Part shown: piece after piece, positions 11,904 through 25,329 of the stretch
Layout: each line of letters starts with the position of its first letter
Numbering within the stretch: position 1 is the stretch's first letter
Source of the DNA: Malacoraja senta
Taxonomy: Eukaryota
Direction of reading: 5' to 3'
Assembly: GCA_038087875.1 (NCBI GenBank)
Contig: CM075995.1
Location: 5,582,001 to 5,646,000, forward strand
Length of the DNA stretch: 64,000 nt
Translations under genes and position numbers: made by a program
The notes under the pieces: model-generated
What the model saw: the letters and a program-made list of their open reading frames with translations, nothing else
Databases searched by the model: none
What the model was told of the DNA's origin: nothing

Positions 11904-13137
11904 ATCTGTTGCCAGCCCTGACTTGCACTGGTTATCTCGATCTTTCATGTCTGAAGAAGGGTTCAGACCCGAAACGTCACCTATTCCATCTCTCCTGTGA
12001 TGCTGCTGCCTGACCCATTGAGTTACTCCAGCATTTTATGTCTATCTTCGGTGTAAACCACATCTGCAGTTCCTTCCTACACAACTATTCCTACAACTTA
12101 GATACACTGATCAATGTGACGGGTTAGGAGAAAAGGTTTGCTAACTTTAAGGAACATGAGGTTTGGCACCCGTGAAATTCACATGGTTTAAATCATTTAA
12201 AACACAGAAATGACACAAAGATCTCAAGCGATACAAATAGACGCTTTCAACAACAGACAAGACTTCAAAGGCTATAAACTACATCTGACTATCCAGCTCT
12301 CAGTGCAACAATGATCTACATTGAATACAAGATACACACACAAGGAACTGCAGAATCAGGAATCTTGAGCAAACCACAAAGTGCCAGACAAACTCAGCAG
12401 ATCGGGTAGCATCTGTGGAGGGAATGGACAGGTTTTGTATTTTTCACACAAAGGGTGGTGGGTGTATGGAACAAGCTACCAGAGGAGGTAGTTGAGGCTG
12501 AGACTATCCCAACATTTAAGAAACAGTTAGACAGGTACATGGATAGGACAGGTTTGGTGGAATATGGACCAAACGTGGGCAGGTGGGACTAGTGTAGCTG
12601 GGGCGTGTTAGCTGATGTGGGCAAGTTGGGCCGAAGGGCCTGTTTCCACGCTGTATCACTCTATGACTCGGTAACGTTTCCGGTCGGGACTCTTCTTCAG
12701 CTACATACAGATAGACAGAAAAAGTGTCTGCCTATAGTTCATAAGTTCATATGAATTACAGACAGACACTTTTTCCCCAAGCTGTACTTTCATTGAAGGC
12801 ATTGATTACGCCAACATTCAGATGCACTTTCACCCAAACTAAATTTCACTATCTGTCAAACCCACCATGAAATACTTAGATTTCTCAACCTCTTGGTCTC
12901 ATGCAGACTCACAGTTTGCTGGACGTTCCTCAATGCGTATCACAAATAGGAAAATACGGCAGGAAATAATCCCTTGATCAGCATCTGTCCTTAGGATCTA
13001 TGTCCTGCTCTTGATTTTATCTGGCGATTCCTCCCAATCAGGCTGGGAGCATTTAGCCTGAGTTAAACCGTGGTTGCCACTGCCCAGCACATGTCTATGG
13101 AGGCAGAAGAAACTGTAGATGCTGGAATCTTGAGCAA

Positions 13138-13712
13138 AGAAGGCTGTGGAGGCCAAGTCAATGGATATTTTTGTGGCATAGAGAGATAAATTCTTCATTA
13201 GTACTGGTGTCAGGGGTTATGGGGAGAAGGTAAGAGAACGGGGTTAAGAGGGAATAATGATTGAATGGCGGACTAGATGGGATGGGCTGAATGGCCTAAT
13301 TCTGCTCCTATCACTTATGAAAACACAAAATGCCAGGGGAACTGGGTTAACACATGATGAGTGTTTGACAGAATTGGGCCTGTACTCGCTGGAATTTAGA
13401 AGGATTAGGGGGAACCTCAGTGACACTTACCGAATAGTGAAAGGCTTGGATAGAGTGGATGTGGAGAGGATGTTTCCACTAGTGGGAGAGTCTAGGACTA
13501 GAGGTCATAGCCTCAGAATTAAAGGACGTTGCTTTAAGGAGATGAGGAGGGATTCCTTCCGTCAGAGATAGATTCTCGAATAAGTGCGGGTGTCAAGGGT
13601 TATGGGGAGAAAGCAGGGGAATGGGGTTAGGAGGGAGAGAGATCAGCCATGATTGAATGCTAGCGTAGACTTGATGGGCCGAATGGCCTAATTCTGCTCC
13701 CATCACCTTATG
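13138..13712 (+). mobile_element. Two tandem CR1 3' fragments
   Basis: ORF 13257..13571 (LGLYSLEFRRIRG...MFPLVGESRTRGHSL) and two copies of the tail. Confidence 0.85.
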
Positions 13713-13895
13713 AACGCAGCTGGATTGAAATGGTTGTTTTTCCTCAATTTATCATTCATAAATTAGAGCACTTTTATCAACACAACCTATTAGTTGCAAT
13801 GTCTAGCAGTATTTCCGAACCACCTTTAAACTATTCGAAAGGCGATAAAACATTTGGAAGAGTAGTAATTTACCCTTCCTGCCTGGAAGGGTAAA

Positions 13896-15249
13896 ATTTA
13901 CTTCCCCCTAGTCCCATCTACCTGCACTCAGACCATAACCCTCCATTCCTTTCCCGTCCATATACCCATCCAATCTATTTTTAAAGGATAACATCGAACC
14001 TGCCTCCACCACTTCCACTGGAAGCTCATTCCACACAGCTACCACTCTCTGAGTAAAGAAGTTCCCCCTAATGTTACCCCTAAACTTCTGTCCCTTAATT
14101 CTCAAGTCATGTCCCCTTGTTTGAATCTTCCCTACTCTCAATGGGAAAAGCTTATCCACGTCTACTCTGTCTAACCCGCTCATAATTTTAAAGACCTCTA
14201 TCAAGTCCCCTCTTAACCTTCTGCGCTCCAAAGAATAAAGACCTAACTTGTTCAACCTTTCTCTGTAACTTAGTTGCTGAAACCCAGGCAACATTCTAGT
14301 AAATCTCCTCTGTACTCTCTCTATTTTGTTGACATCCTTCCTATAATTAGGCGACCAAAATTGTACTCCATACTGCAGAATTGACCTCACCAATGCCTTG
14401 TACAATTTTAACATTACATCCCAACTTCTATATTCAATGCTCTGATTTATAAAGGCCAGCACACCAAAAGCTTTCTTTACCACCCTATCTACATGAGATT
14501 CCACCTCCAGGGAACTATGCACAGTTATTCCTAGATCCCTCTGTTCAACTGCATTCCTCAATTCGCTACCATTTACCATGTACGTCCTATTTTGATTTGT
14601 CCTGCCGAGATGTAGCACCTCACATTTATCAACATTAAACTCCATCTGCCATCTTTCAGCCCACTCTTCCAAATGGCCTAAATCTCTCTGTAGACTTTGA
14701 AAATCTACTTCATTATCCACAACACCACCTATCTTAGTATCATCTGCATACTTACTAATCCAATTTTCCACACCATCATCCAGATCATTGATGTACATGA
14801 CAAACAACAGTGGACCCAACACAGACCCCTGAGGCACCCTACTAGTCACCGGCCTCCACCTGACAAACAGCCATCCACCATTACTCTCTGGCATCTCCCA
14901 TTCAGCCACTGTTGAATCCATCTTGCTACTCCACCATTAATACCCAACAATTGAATCTTCTTAACCAACCTTCCATGAGGAACCTTGTCAAAGGCCTTAC
15001 TGAAGTCCATATAGACAACATCCACTGCTTTACCCTCATCAATTTCCCTAGTAACCTCTTCGAAAAATTTAAGAAGATTAGTCAAACATGACCTTCCAGG
15101 CACAAATCCATGTTGACTGTTCCTAATCAGACCCTGCTTATCCAGATGCTTATATATATTATCTCTAAGTATCCTTTCCATTAATTTGCCCACCACTGAT
15201 GTCAAACTAACAGGTCTATAATTGCTAGGTTTACTCTTAGAACCCTTTA
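13896..15249 (-). mobile_element. CR1 LINE (family B), RT domain, 5'-truncated, frameshift near 14860
   Basis: ORFs 14846..15298 and 13908..14921: NYRPVSLTSVVGK, DFSKAFDKVPH, PQGSVLGP, YADD. Confidence 0.95.
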
Positions 15250-15501
15250 TAGTATGCATTTTTCTATGAACAGCACTCTTCGGTGCCTTCAGTAGCATAA
15301 TCTTTCATTTTAAAATATAGCATCCCACAAAATAGGCCAAGAATGAATGGGGGATGGTGATAATCACCATATTTTGCAACTTTCTTTAGTTTCTGTTGTT
15401 TGGATAGCCAAACATTCTCATTCAGGGCATAAAGCAAAAATGATTTTATCTGTTTAATCTTGAGGGAGTTTAAGGGCAAGGGGATAAGAAGATGAAGCTT
15501 A

Positions 15502-15813
15502 AAGCCCCTGTCCCACTTTCCAGAGTTACTCACGAATTCTCCCGAGTTTCCCCCTTGATTCAAACTCAGAGAATGTCCGTAGGAGTCAATAGCGAGTCTG
15601 TAGATATTTCGTAGCGGCTTGGAATGCCAGCCGTAGGTACTGGTGGCATCAGGTAAGTTGGGACGTTTTTTCAGCATGTTGAAAAATGTCCACGAGTTAA
15701 AAAAAATAGCCCCGAGTACCTGCGGCTGGCTATTACCATAATTCTCCGAGTTTGAATCAAGGGGAAAACTCGGGAGAATTTGTGAGTAACTCGGGAAAGT
15801 GGGACAGGGGCTT
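15502..15813. mobile_element. MITE with about 75-bp TIRs, PIF/Harbinger-like
   Basis: aagcccctgtcccactttcc...ttgattcaaactc pairs with gagtttgaatcaa...gaaagtgggacaggggctt. Flanked by TA/TWA. Confidence 0.85.
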
Positions 15814-16690
15814 TACACTCTTCCGCTCAATGGGTATATTTAGGTTCCTACTTTAATGAGTATTAATGCAATGGATTAAGCAGAGAATGGAGAACTTAAA
15901 TGCAAATCTTAGTTTCCAAGAGAGTTAGATTTAGCTCTAAGGGTTAAGGGAAGGGATATGGGAGGAAAAGCAGGAACGGGGTACTGATTTTGGATGATCA
16001 CCCATGATCATATTGAATGGTTCGAAGGGCCAAATGGCCTACTCCTGCACCTATTTTCTATGTTTATTTTGATCACTAGTCCTATTTATCTGCCTGCAAT
16101 GTCCTTAACCTTCATTTAAGGTATTAACATTTCTTTAGATGAGTTGTCCCGGTGGTATTAATAGAATTTACTTAAGCTTCTTGAATAATGATACAATTTT
16201 CATCAGGCCATCCAAAATGATTTTTTCTTCATTTAAAAGAGAAAGTAAAGCAAGTCTGGAGGTAGGAAAAGGCCAGAACAAATCATGGCCGGCAATAGAT
16301 GACCAAGGTAGGGTGGAGCCCTTAATGGCCCATTGTTGGCTGGGGAAGAGGTGATAACGAAGGGATATGGAGATGCGAACAATGGAACTAGGTGGGTGGG
16401 GGAGGGAGGGAGGAAGGAGGGAATGCTTGGGTTACTTGAAATTAGAGAAATCAGAGTATAGGACATTGTAAAGCCCCACAAAACTACAAAATAATAACAA
16501 GCAGTAAATCTGTTCCAGTAAAAGTAATGGAAAGGTAAATACCTCCAAGTTCGTTGGAGCTAATTCTGTTGAGATTCTTCAAAATACTGCCAAAGAATCT
16601 TCTGTGATCACCCAACAGGTTCCAGGTGTAACATTTGAAAGTGCTCTCGCAGTAGAGTCATAGAGTGATACAGTGTGGAAACAGGCCCTT

Positions 16691-18862
16691 CCTATAATCA
16701 GGCGACCAAAATTGTACTCCATACTCCAGAATTGGCCTCACCAATGCCTTGTACAATTTTAACATTACATCCCAACTTCTATATTCAATGCTCTGATTTA
16801 TAAAGGCCAGCACACCAAAAGCTTTCTTTATCACCCTATCTACATGAGATTCCACCTTCAGGGAACTATGCACAGTTATTCCTAGATCCCTCTGTTCAAC
16901 TGCATTCCTCAATTCGCTACCATTTACCATGTACGTCCTATTTTGATTTGTCCTGCCGAGATGTAGCACCTCACATTTGTCAGCATTAAACTCCATCTGC
17001 CATCTTTCAGCCCACTCTTCCAAATGGCCTAAATCTCTCTGTAGACTTTGAAAACCTACTTCATTATTCACAACACCACCTATCTTAGTATCATCTGCAT
17101 ACTTACTAATCCAATTTTCCACACCATCATCCAGATCATTGATGTACATGACAAACAACAGTGGACCCAACACAGACCCCTGAGGCACCCCACTAGTCAC
17201 CGGCCTCCAACCTGACAAACAGCCATCCACCATTACTCTCTGGCATCTCCCATTCAGCCACTGTTGAATCCATTTTGCTACTCCACCATTAATACCCAAC
17301 AATTGAATCTTCTTAACCAACCTTCCATGAGGAACCTTGTCAAAGGCCTTACTGAAGTCCATATAGACAACATCCACTGCTTTACCCTCATCAATTTCCC
17401 TAGTAACCTCTTCGAAAAATTCAAGAAGATTAGTCAAGCATGACCTTCCAGGCACAAATGATTTTAAGAAGATTAGTCAAGCATGACCTTCCAGACAGGG
17501 ACTTTAAGACTTTTGCCTCCATCACAGTGAGGAGGTGCCTGGTGAACTCACTGTGGTGGATGTTAATTTGTGTTTATTGTGTGTTTTGTTATTTATTATT
17601 ATATGTATGACTGCAGGCAACGAAATTTCGTTCAGACCGAAAGGTCTGAATGACAAATAAAGGAATCTCTAATCTCTAATCTCGAATCTCTAATCTCTCT
17701 AAATCCATGTTGACTGTTCCTAATCAGACCCTGCTTATCCAGATGCTTATATATATTATCTTTAAGTATCCTTTCCATTAATTTGCCCACCACTGACGTC
17801 AAACTAACAGGTCTATAATTGCTAGGTTTACTCTTAGAACCCTTTTTAAACAACGGAACAACATGCGCAGTACGCCAATCCTCCGGCACTATTCCCGTTT
17901 CTAATGACATTTGAAATATTTCTGTCATAGCCCCTGCTATTTCTACACTAACTTCCCTCAATGTCCTAGGGAATATCCTGTCAGGACCTGGAGACTTATC
18001 CGTTTTCATATTTTTCAAAAGTGTCCGCACCTCCTCTTCTTTGAATCTCATAGTTTCCATTGCTACTCTGCTTGTTTCCCTTACCTCACATAATTCCATA
18101 TCCTTCTCCTTGGTGAATACCGAAGAAAAGAAATTGTTCAATATCTCCCCCATCTCTTTTGGCTCTGCAGATAGCTGTCCACTCTGATTCTCTAATGGAC
18201 CAATTTTATTCCTTGTTATCCTTTTGCTATTAATATAGCTGTAGAAACCCTTTGGATTTACTTTCACCTTACTTGCCAAAGCAACATCATATCTTCTTTT
18301 AGCTTTTCTAATTTCTTTCTTAATATTCTTTTTACATTCTTTATACTCCTCAAGCACCTCATTTACTCCATGCTGCCTATAAATATTGTAGATCTCTCTC
18401 TTTTTCCAAGTGTCCAATTTCCCTTGAAAACCATGGCTCTTTCCAATTTTTACTATTTCCTTTCAACCGAACAGGGACATAAAGATTCTGTACTCTTAAA
18501 ATTTCACCCTTAAATGTCCTCCATTTTTCTTCTACATCCTTCCCATAAAACAACATGTCCCAATTCACTCCTTTTAAATCCTTCCGCATCTCCTCAAAGT
18601 TAGCCTTTCTCCAATCAAAAATCTCAACCCTAGGTCCAGTTCTGTCCCTCTCCATAATTATATTGAAACTAATGGTATTGTGATCACTGGACCCGAAGTG
18701 CTCCGCGACGCATACCTCCGCCACCTGCCCGGTCTCATTTCCTAACAGGAAGTCCAGCACTGCCCCTTCTCTAGTAGGTACCTCTATGTATTGCTGCAAA
18801 AAACTATCCTGCACACATTTTACAAACTCCAAACCATCCAGCCCTTTTACAGAATGTGTTTC
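16691..18862 (-). mobile_element. CR1 LINE (family B), EN end to RT, interrupted at about 17460-17700
   Basis: ORFs 18377..19021, 17632..18417 and 16658..17455. Near-identical to 13896-15249 where they overlap. Confidence 0.95.
17495..17700 (+). mobile_element. Short retroposon 3' end nested in the CR1
   Basis: Hairpin ttcagaccgaaaggtctgaa, then aataaa and (aatctct)n tail. Related to the tail of 10661-11483. Confidence 0.7.
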
Positions 18863-19154
18863 CGTCCCTTCAGTAAATCTGTCAAATTCATTCCATCTTG
18901 TCAGTCTGTTTGGCAATTCATAAACCTGTAGTAGACAGCCAATAAAGCTGTCCGTTCCTTGCTGAATGTACCGCGCGCTGACTCCTAATACACCAGAGAA
19001 CAGAGAGGACTGCTTGTCCACATAACTACTAGTTTATGTGCAGTCCTACCCAGCTTGAACAATGGCAAGACAGTTTGCCAGCCTTGCATGAAACAGGTTT
19101 TCACAGAAGTAAAGGCTGAAGGAGTTGGGACAAAGTATCTGAGGGCTGTGGTGA

Positions 19155-19463
19155 GGGCAGCACAGTGGTGCAGCGGTAGAGTTGCTGCCCTACAGCTCCG
19201 GAGACCCAGTTTCGATCCTGACTACGGGTGCTGTCTGTACGGAGTTTGTACGCTCTCCCCGTGACCACGTGGGTTTTCTCCGGGTGCTCTGGTTTCCTTT
19301 CACACTCCAAAGGCGTACAGGTTTGTCGGTTAATTGCCTAGGTTTAAGTGTAAATTGTCCCTTGTGTGGGTGTAGGATAGTGTTAGTATGTGGGGATCGC
19401 TGGGGTCGGTGCCGACTTGGTGGGCCGAAGGGCCTGTTTCCACTCTGTATCTTTAAACTAAAA
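19155..19463 (+). mobile_element. HE1-like tRNA-derived V-SINE, full length
   Basis: A box tggtgcagcgg, B box gtttcgatcc, V-domain gagtttgtacgctctccccgtgacc...ggttttctccgggtgctc, CR1-type tail gggccgaagggcctgtttcc...taaacta. Confidence 0.9.
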
Positions 19464-19819
19464 ACCTTGTAAATCTCTGCAAACTTGTACAATACATTGA
19501 AATCAAAATCAAAAACCTGCAGGAAAATGAGTGGTTTATCAAACGTAGCATCACAAACCAGTCACATGTTGCAGCAAAATCACCCCAACATGTGAAAGAG
19601 AAGAGATATTTCAAGACACTCAATAAATTTATAATTTGTGTTCCTCACAGCAAAAATAAAAATCACCATTTTAACAAAGTTAAGGCATCAATTTTTGTGG
19701 CAGAAACCGATGATGTGACACAATATGTGACTGCAAGACCATTCTTTGCTGCAAAGGAGATGAACCAGAAACTGCAATCATCATTTGTATTGACAGTCCA
19801 GCAGCGCGGCAGCACTGAC

Positions 19820-19956
19820 CTTGTTGAAGTCTTCTGACGTTGCTCGCATTTCTTTCCATGTCTTATTCAGCAGCTGGATGCAGATGCAGAAAAACTCCTC
19901 AAACGATCGATCATGGGTGAAAAACATGGGGTGGAATTCGTTGCAGGTGTCACTAG
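19820..19956 (-). CDS. ELMO1: ELMO1 internal coding exon (137 nt), (P)[45 protein letters not shown]; about exon 16 in human numbering, ELM domain
   Basis: Minus strand reads tcatcctgcag|CTAGTGAC...TTCAACAAG|gtcagt. Lies within ORF 19781..20044. C from the upstream exon plus CT gives CCT (Pro), in frame. Residues SFEEFFC and RATSEDF are ELMO1-type. Confidence 0.97.
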
Positions 19957-20207
19957 CTGCAGGATGACAGAGGAATCGGACATTAGTGAAGGGGAGGGGA
20001 TGGTAAAATAGCTGAAGAGTAGTGAATGAAGGAGGGAAGGGCATTGATGGGAATTAAAGAGGCGATACTGATCGGGCTCTGATACTGATCTACCAAATGT
20101 CTGTAGCCTCCTTTTGCTCTGGTATATTATTTCATTCATATGTTTAAACTATAACGTTTTATTCTTAATGTTTTAATGTTTTATGTTTTATTCTTAATTG
20201 TTTACTG

Positions 20208-20743
20208 CAGGGGTTGGCAACCTTTTTTGCATAGGGCCCAGGACCCATGTCTGTGAGCGGATAGCGGGCCACATCTATCGCCATAGTTAATAAATGGAGG
20301 TAATAATAATACATACTAACAAAATTAGTAATTAGTAATAATACATACTAATAATACATAAATTAGTAATAATACATACTAATACATAAATTAGTAATAA
20401 TACATACTTTTCACGTGTTTTTCAATTAGTTTTCTGCAGTTTCTAGATCACCTGCGTGCCCCGGGACTGGCTGCAGTTCCCAGATTCCTTGAGTCCCCGG
20501 GACCAGCTGCAGTTCCCAGATCGCCTGCGAGCCCCAGGACTGGCTGTAGCGCCCAGGTCGCCTGCCCCGGAACTAGCTGCAGTTCCCAGGTCGCCTGCGA
20601 GCTCCGGGACTAGCTGCAGTTCCCAGGTCGCCTGCAAGCTCCGGGACTAGCTGCAGTTCCCAGGTCGCGAAAACTAATTTTTTTTAAAAAGCCTGCGGGC
20701 CGGATGATTTTGGGTTACGTGGGCCGTAGGTTGCCGACCCCTG
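20208..20743. mobile_element. hAT (Charlie-like) MITE with internal minisatellites
   Basis: TIR caggggttggcaacc / ggttgccgacccctg. Perfect 8-bp TSD gtttactg at 20200-20207 and 20744-20751. Confidence 0.92.
20445..20668. repeat. Tandem repeat of about 36 bp (about 6 units) inside the hAT MITE
   Basis: Unit ccgggactagctgcagttcccaggtcgcctgcgagct. Confidence 0.9.
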
Positions 20744-21469
20744 GTTTACTGTATGTCGTGTTGTTACTTGCGAGTGGAGCACCAAGGCAAATTCCTTGTA
20801 TGTGTACTAGGCCAATAAACGTATTAATTCACTTCATTCATTCGCATGAGACAAAGAGAGTGAGGGAAAGTGGGGGGCGAAGAGAAGTTAGAGGGGTTCA
20901 CGAGAGAATGAAATCAATGGAATGAAGGGGAACGGTAGAGAAACGAGGGGAGGTGGAAGTGAAGAGTGGAGGGAAGGGATTTAAAAGAGGGAAGGTATTG
21001 GAGAAATGTGAGTGAGTAGGATTGAAGAGCGAAGGTGTAGATAGAAAAGGGGAAAGTATTGGATAGAAACGAGGGGGAAGGGAGGTAATTATGTAGAGAA
21101 GAACGGGACTAAATAGAAACAATAAAAACATACTGCACTCCCAGTTTAAAAATTGGGCCTTGCTTGTCATCATCGCTGAACCATCAAATGAAAACACATA
21201 CTCTACCCGAGTGGTAACATCCTTGTAGATGTGCTTATCTATCAGCCAGTTACGTGGAATTCCCAGCCAATTGGAGAAAATGAAATCTTCAAATTACTTG
21301 TCATAAATAGATTTATGGTGGGTGGTGCAGCGACAGAGTTGCTGCCTTACCTGTGTGGCTTACAAGTGCTCTGGGCCCACTGTTGTGAATAACCCTTAAA
21401 TGCTGCCTCAGTTCAGGGACAACCGGTGATGGACAATGAATTTTAACACTTGCAGAGCAGTAGTGGGAA

Positions 21470-21895
21470 GGGCGGCACAATGGCGCAGCGGTAGAGTTGC
21501 TGCCTTAAAACGCCAGAGATCTGGGTTCGATCCTGACCACGGGTGCTGTCTGTACGCTGTTTGCACGTTCTCCCTGTGACCTCTGGGTGCTACATTTTTT
21601 TCCCCCACATTCCAAAGACGTGCAGGTTTGTAGGTCTGAAGAAGGGTTTCGGCCCGAAACGTTGCCTATCTCCTTTGCTCCATAGATGCTGCTGCACCTG
21701 CTGAGTTTCTCCAGCACTTTTGTCTACCTTCGATTTTCTAGCATCTGCAGTTCCTTCTTAAACAGGTTTGTAGGTTAATTGGCTTCTGTACATTGTCCCT
21801 GGTGTCTAGGATAGAACTTGTGTACGGGTACCCGATCATTGGTCGCCACGGACTCGGTAGGCCGAAGGGCCTGTTTCTACGCTGTATCTCTAAAG
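21470..21895 (+). mobile_element. HE1-like V-SINE with a nested hammerhead-bearing unit (21636-21762)
   Basis: A/B boxes tggcgcagcgg and ggttcgatcc. The insert is flanked by the 13-bp duplication caggtttgtaggt. Confidence 0.9.
21636..21666 (+). ncRNA. Minimal type I hammerhead ribozyme motif (Penelope-associated), representative copy
   Basis: CUGAAGA-A-GGGU(UUCG)GCCC-GAAA-CGUU/GCC: core boxes, stem II with tetraloop, palindromic ACGU in place of stem III. Confidence 0.65.
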
Positions 21896-24800
21896 ATTTA
21901 AAATAGTTTATTTATTGTATCTTTTCATAGTGATTTAAAAATTTAGCCCATGATTTTATCTTTGTTCAATAATTTATAGTGTATAAATCAGCCATATTCT
22001 ATTTTTATCAAAATGTATCCCATCATTATCACCTCTTCCACAGCCAACAATGGACCATTGTGGGCTCCACCTTTCTTCAGTCATTGGTGCTGGCTCTGGT
22101 TTGTTCTGTACCTGATCATACCTCTAGTTTCCTTCTCCCCTGACCCGAAACGTCACTCATTCCTTTTCTTCACAGATACTGCCTGTTCCACTGAGTTACT
22201 CCAGTATTTTGCTTCTATCTTCTATTTTTATCAGATGGAAATCCATAATTCTTTCAGGTTTTTTTAATTAAACCGTTTGTTTTTCCCTTGTAAAGAATTC
22301 AGTTAGAGTTTAGTTTATCATCACGTCTACCGAGATACAGTGAACAGCATTTGTTGCGTGCTAACCAGACAATACATGATCGCAATCGATCCCATTTACA
22401 GTGTACATGACAAGGGAATAACGTTTAGTGCAAGGTAAAGCCAGAAAAGTCCGATCAAGGATGGTCCGGGGTCATCAAAGAGGTAGATAGTAGTTCAGCA
22501 CTGCTCTCTGGTTGAGGTCAACGCTCTCTGGCGTGTGATAATATCTGCATTGGCATCTTGTCTGGATCTTTAAAGGCATTCATGCCAATGGATAACCGTG
22601 GCATTCCATGCAAGAAGAATCTGCCAAGCCCATTAAGTAAACACCCAGTAGCCAGCAGGAAGCAACTCAAAGCAACTAATTGTGACCTTTTGTGCCCAGT
22701 GGTTGATACGAGGCTTCCAGTCTACTCAGCAAAGCCAAATGTTCATCGCTTTTGACAGAAGAATACACATGCAGCAGCAAATGGCAGTGAAATGTTTTTC
22801 TTAAATACTTTAATTTTAATATTAGCTTACTTCACTGGGCAAAGTAAATTCAGACTTCCTTTCATCATTAAACAGGTATCCCAGGGAGTTTTAGTAAATG
22901 AAATATTTTGTGTGCAAAGGTAATTGCACTCAAAGAAATAAATAATAATATCATGTTTTAATAATTCATAAGTTAGCAGAATTAGACCAATTGGCCCATC
23001 AAGTCTACTCCGCCGTTCAATCATGGCTGTTCTATCTTTCCCTCTTAACCCCATTCTCCTGCCTTCTCCCCATAACCCCTGACAGCCGTACTAATCAAGA
23101 ATCTATCAATCTCTACCTTAAAAAATATCAATTGACTTGTCCTCCACAGCCTACTGTGGCAATGAATTCCATGTTGCTTTGAGATAAATTATTGGCCGAA
23201 GTTAAAGCCGTCAACTTTCTTATCAAAATGCAAACCGAGTTTGTGTCTGCTTTTCCCCCTTTTTCCTTGAATTTGTCCACTGGAACTTTGCTGCACACAG
23301 ATTAGTGCCGTAACTACACGTTAAAGTGAATCGAAATACTGTCTAGCATTTCAGTACGTCGAAGAGACACGAAGGAAAAAACCATTCAAGTCGTTTCTCT
23401 ATCAATCGCCAGAGAAGTCATAGATTCATAACAAAGATGCAGCACAGAAAGATGCCTTTCGGCCCATTTCGTCAACCCTGACCATCAGCTGCCTATTTCC
23501 ATTAATCCCATTTTCATTATTCCTGCATTGTCATCATTTACCCCCTGTTTCTACAGCTCACACATGCACTGGAGACAATTCACAACATTTAAAAGACACT
23601 TGGACAGGTACATGGATATGAAAGGTTTCAGAGAGATATGGGCCAAACACGGGCAAAAGGGACGAGCTTCATTGGGGCATCTTTGTCGGCTGGGACAAAT
23701 AGGCCAAGTCTGAGGAAGGGTCTCGACCCAAAATGTCACCCATTCCTTCTCCTGAGATGCTGCCTGTCCCGCTGAGTTACTCCAGCATGTTGTGTCTATC
23801 TTTGGCCTGTTTCCCTGCTGTGTGACTATGACCAATTAGCCGCGTAACCCATACTCCTTTTGGGATGTGGGAGGAAACTGGAGGTCCCAAAAATACACCC
23901 ACCTGGTCTCAGAGTTACCAAGATAATAAATATTTAAGTGGAGAATGTAATGCTGCAGTGAATCCTCTTGAGTAAAAAGTGGTTTGTTCTCTAAGTGGTT
24001 ACTCCCTGCTCACTCTGGGGGTTATTGCTGGCACAAATCAATGAAGGATTTCCATCCGGCCATTCTAGGCACATGTTGGGACAAGTGCAGTGGCAGTCGT
24101 GCCCACCTCAATCAGACCAAACACTCCGACAATGACTCCATCGTTCATCAACAATAAAGACTTTTGACAATGGACCAACATCCAACAATGTACATTTGGG
24201 ACAGTCATCCCTGCCATCTCTGCAACAAAAATCAATTTTCCAAGCAACACCTCCATACCAGTGAATTACATTAAAGATTCATTGTAATATAGTTAGATAA
24301 TAGTCCATTTCTGCACAGCCAAGTCCCCAGATCAATGGGAGGTAAAAGAGGTGGAAGGTCTATTAATGTCACGGAGGCACTCTGACATACTGGAGGGTTC
24401 TTCCACTGATGTGATATTCATAGAGCTTAAAAATAATAAAGGTGTGCTCACTCTATCTGATTGTACTGTAGCCTCCCAATTACAACACTCGAGATAGATG
24501 GAGTTACTCAGCAGGTCAGGCAGCATCTCTGGAGTTAAGGAATAGGTGACCGTTTCGGATTGAGACTCTTCTTCAGACTGAGAGTCAGGAGAGCGGGAAA
24601 CCAGAGGCATAAGAAGGTACAAAGAACAAATGAATGAAAGGTATGAAAAGAACAAATCAAAGACAGCAACGATGATCAAGGAAAGGTACGAGTTTTCCTC
24701 TCCCCGACTCTCAGTCTGAAGAAGGGTCTCGACCCAAAACGTCACCCATTCCTTTTCTCCAGAGATGCTGCCTGTCCCAGCATTGTGTGTCTGTCTTCGG

Positions 24801-25329
24801 TGTGAACCTGCATCTGCAGATGCAGCAACTCAGCGGGACAGGCAGCATCTCTGAGACCCTTCTTCAGACTTAATCCCTGTGTACATTCTGCAGGACCACA
24901 CCCCCTTCGCTACCTATATCACTTGTGCCAACGTACACTAAGACCTCTGACTGCTCACCCTCCCCATTTAGAATCTTCTGCAGCTTCTCCAGACATCCTG
25001 GGCCCTGGCACCAGGGAGGCAACGCACCATCCTGGAATCTCACTTGTGGCCACAGGATCTCCTGCCTGTCCCCCTACCTAACGAGTTTATTACTAGCACT
25101 ATCGCTCTAACTGACTTCCACCTTTACCACTCTGCCTCACATCCCGGCCCAGTGTCACAGCCTAGGGCTGCTGACGCTCTCCATGACCAGTAACCCCACA
25201 CCCACCCTTCAACGGTATTCAAAATGGTATTATCACTTGCCAGCCTCTGTCCTGCCCCAACTCACTTCCGGCTTCACCCCACAATCAGTCTGAAGAATGG
25301 CCCCGACCAGAAAAGTCACCTATCCTTCG

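Noticed and set aside
13869..13895. 11-bp hairpin tttacccttcc/ggaagggtaaa
   Set aside because: Too short for a pre-miRNA and sits at a CR1 truncation junction; likely a repair by-product.
15264..15677. 137-aa minus-strand ORF
   Set aside because: Starts within a MITE, has no recognisable homology, and is not ELMO1 sequence.
16480..16655. Short open frames on both strands (NTSKFVGANSVEIL... and YCESTFKCYTWNLL...)
   Set aside because: No similarity to ELMO1 or any protein I recognise, and splice signals are weak.
18863..19021. Novel N-terminus fused to the CR1 ORF (18377..19021)
   Set aside because: Chance open frame in flanking DNA upstream of a 5'-truncated LINE.
20445..20668. Repeats of about 36 bp resembling a CRISPR array
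   Set aside because: Head-to-tail units without unique spacers, inside a hAT MITE in a vertebrate intron.
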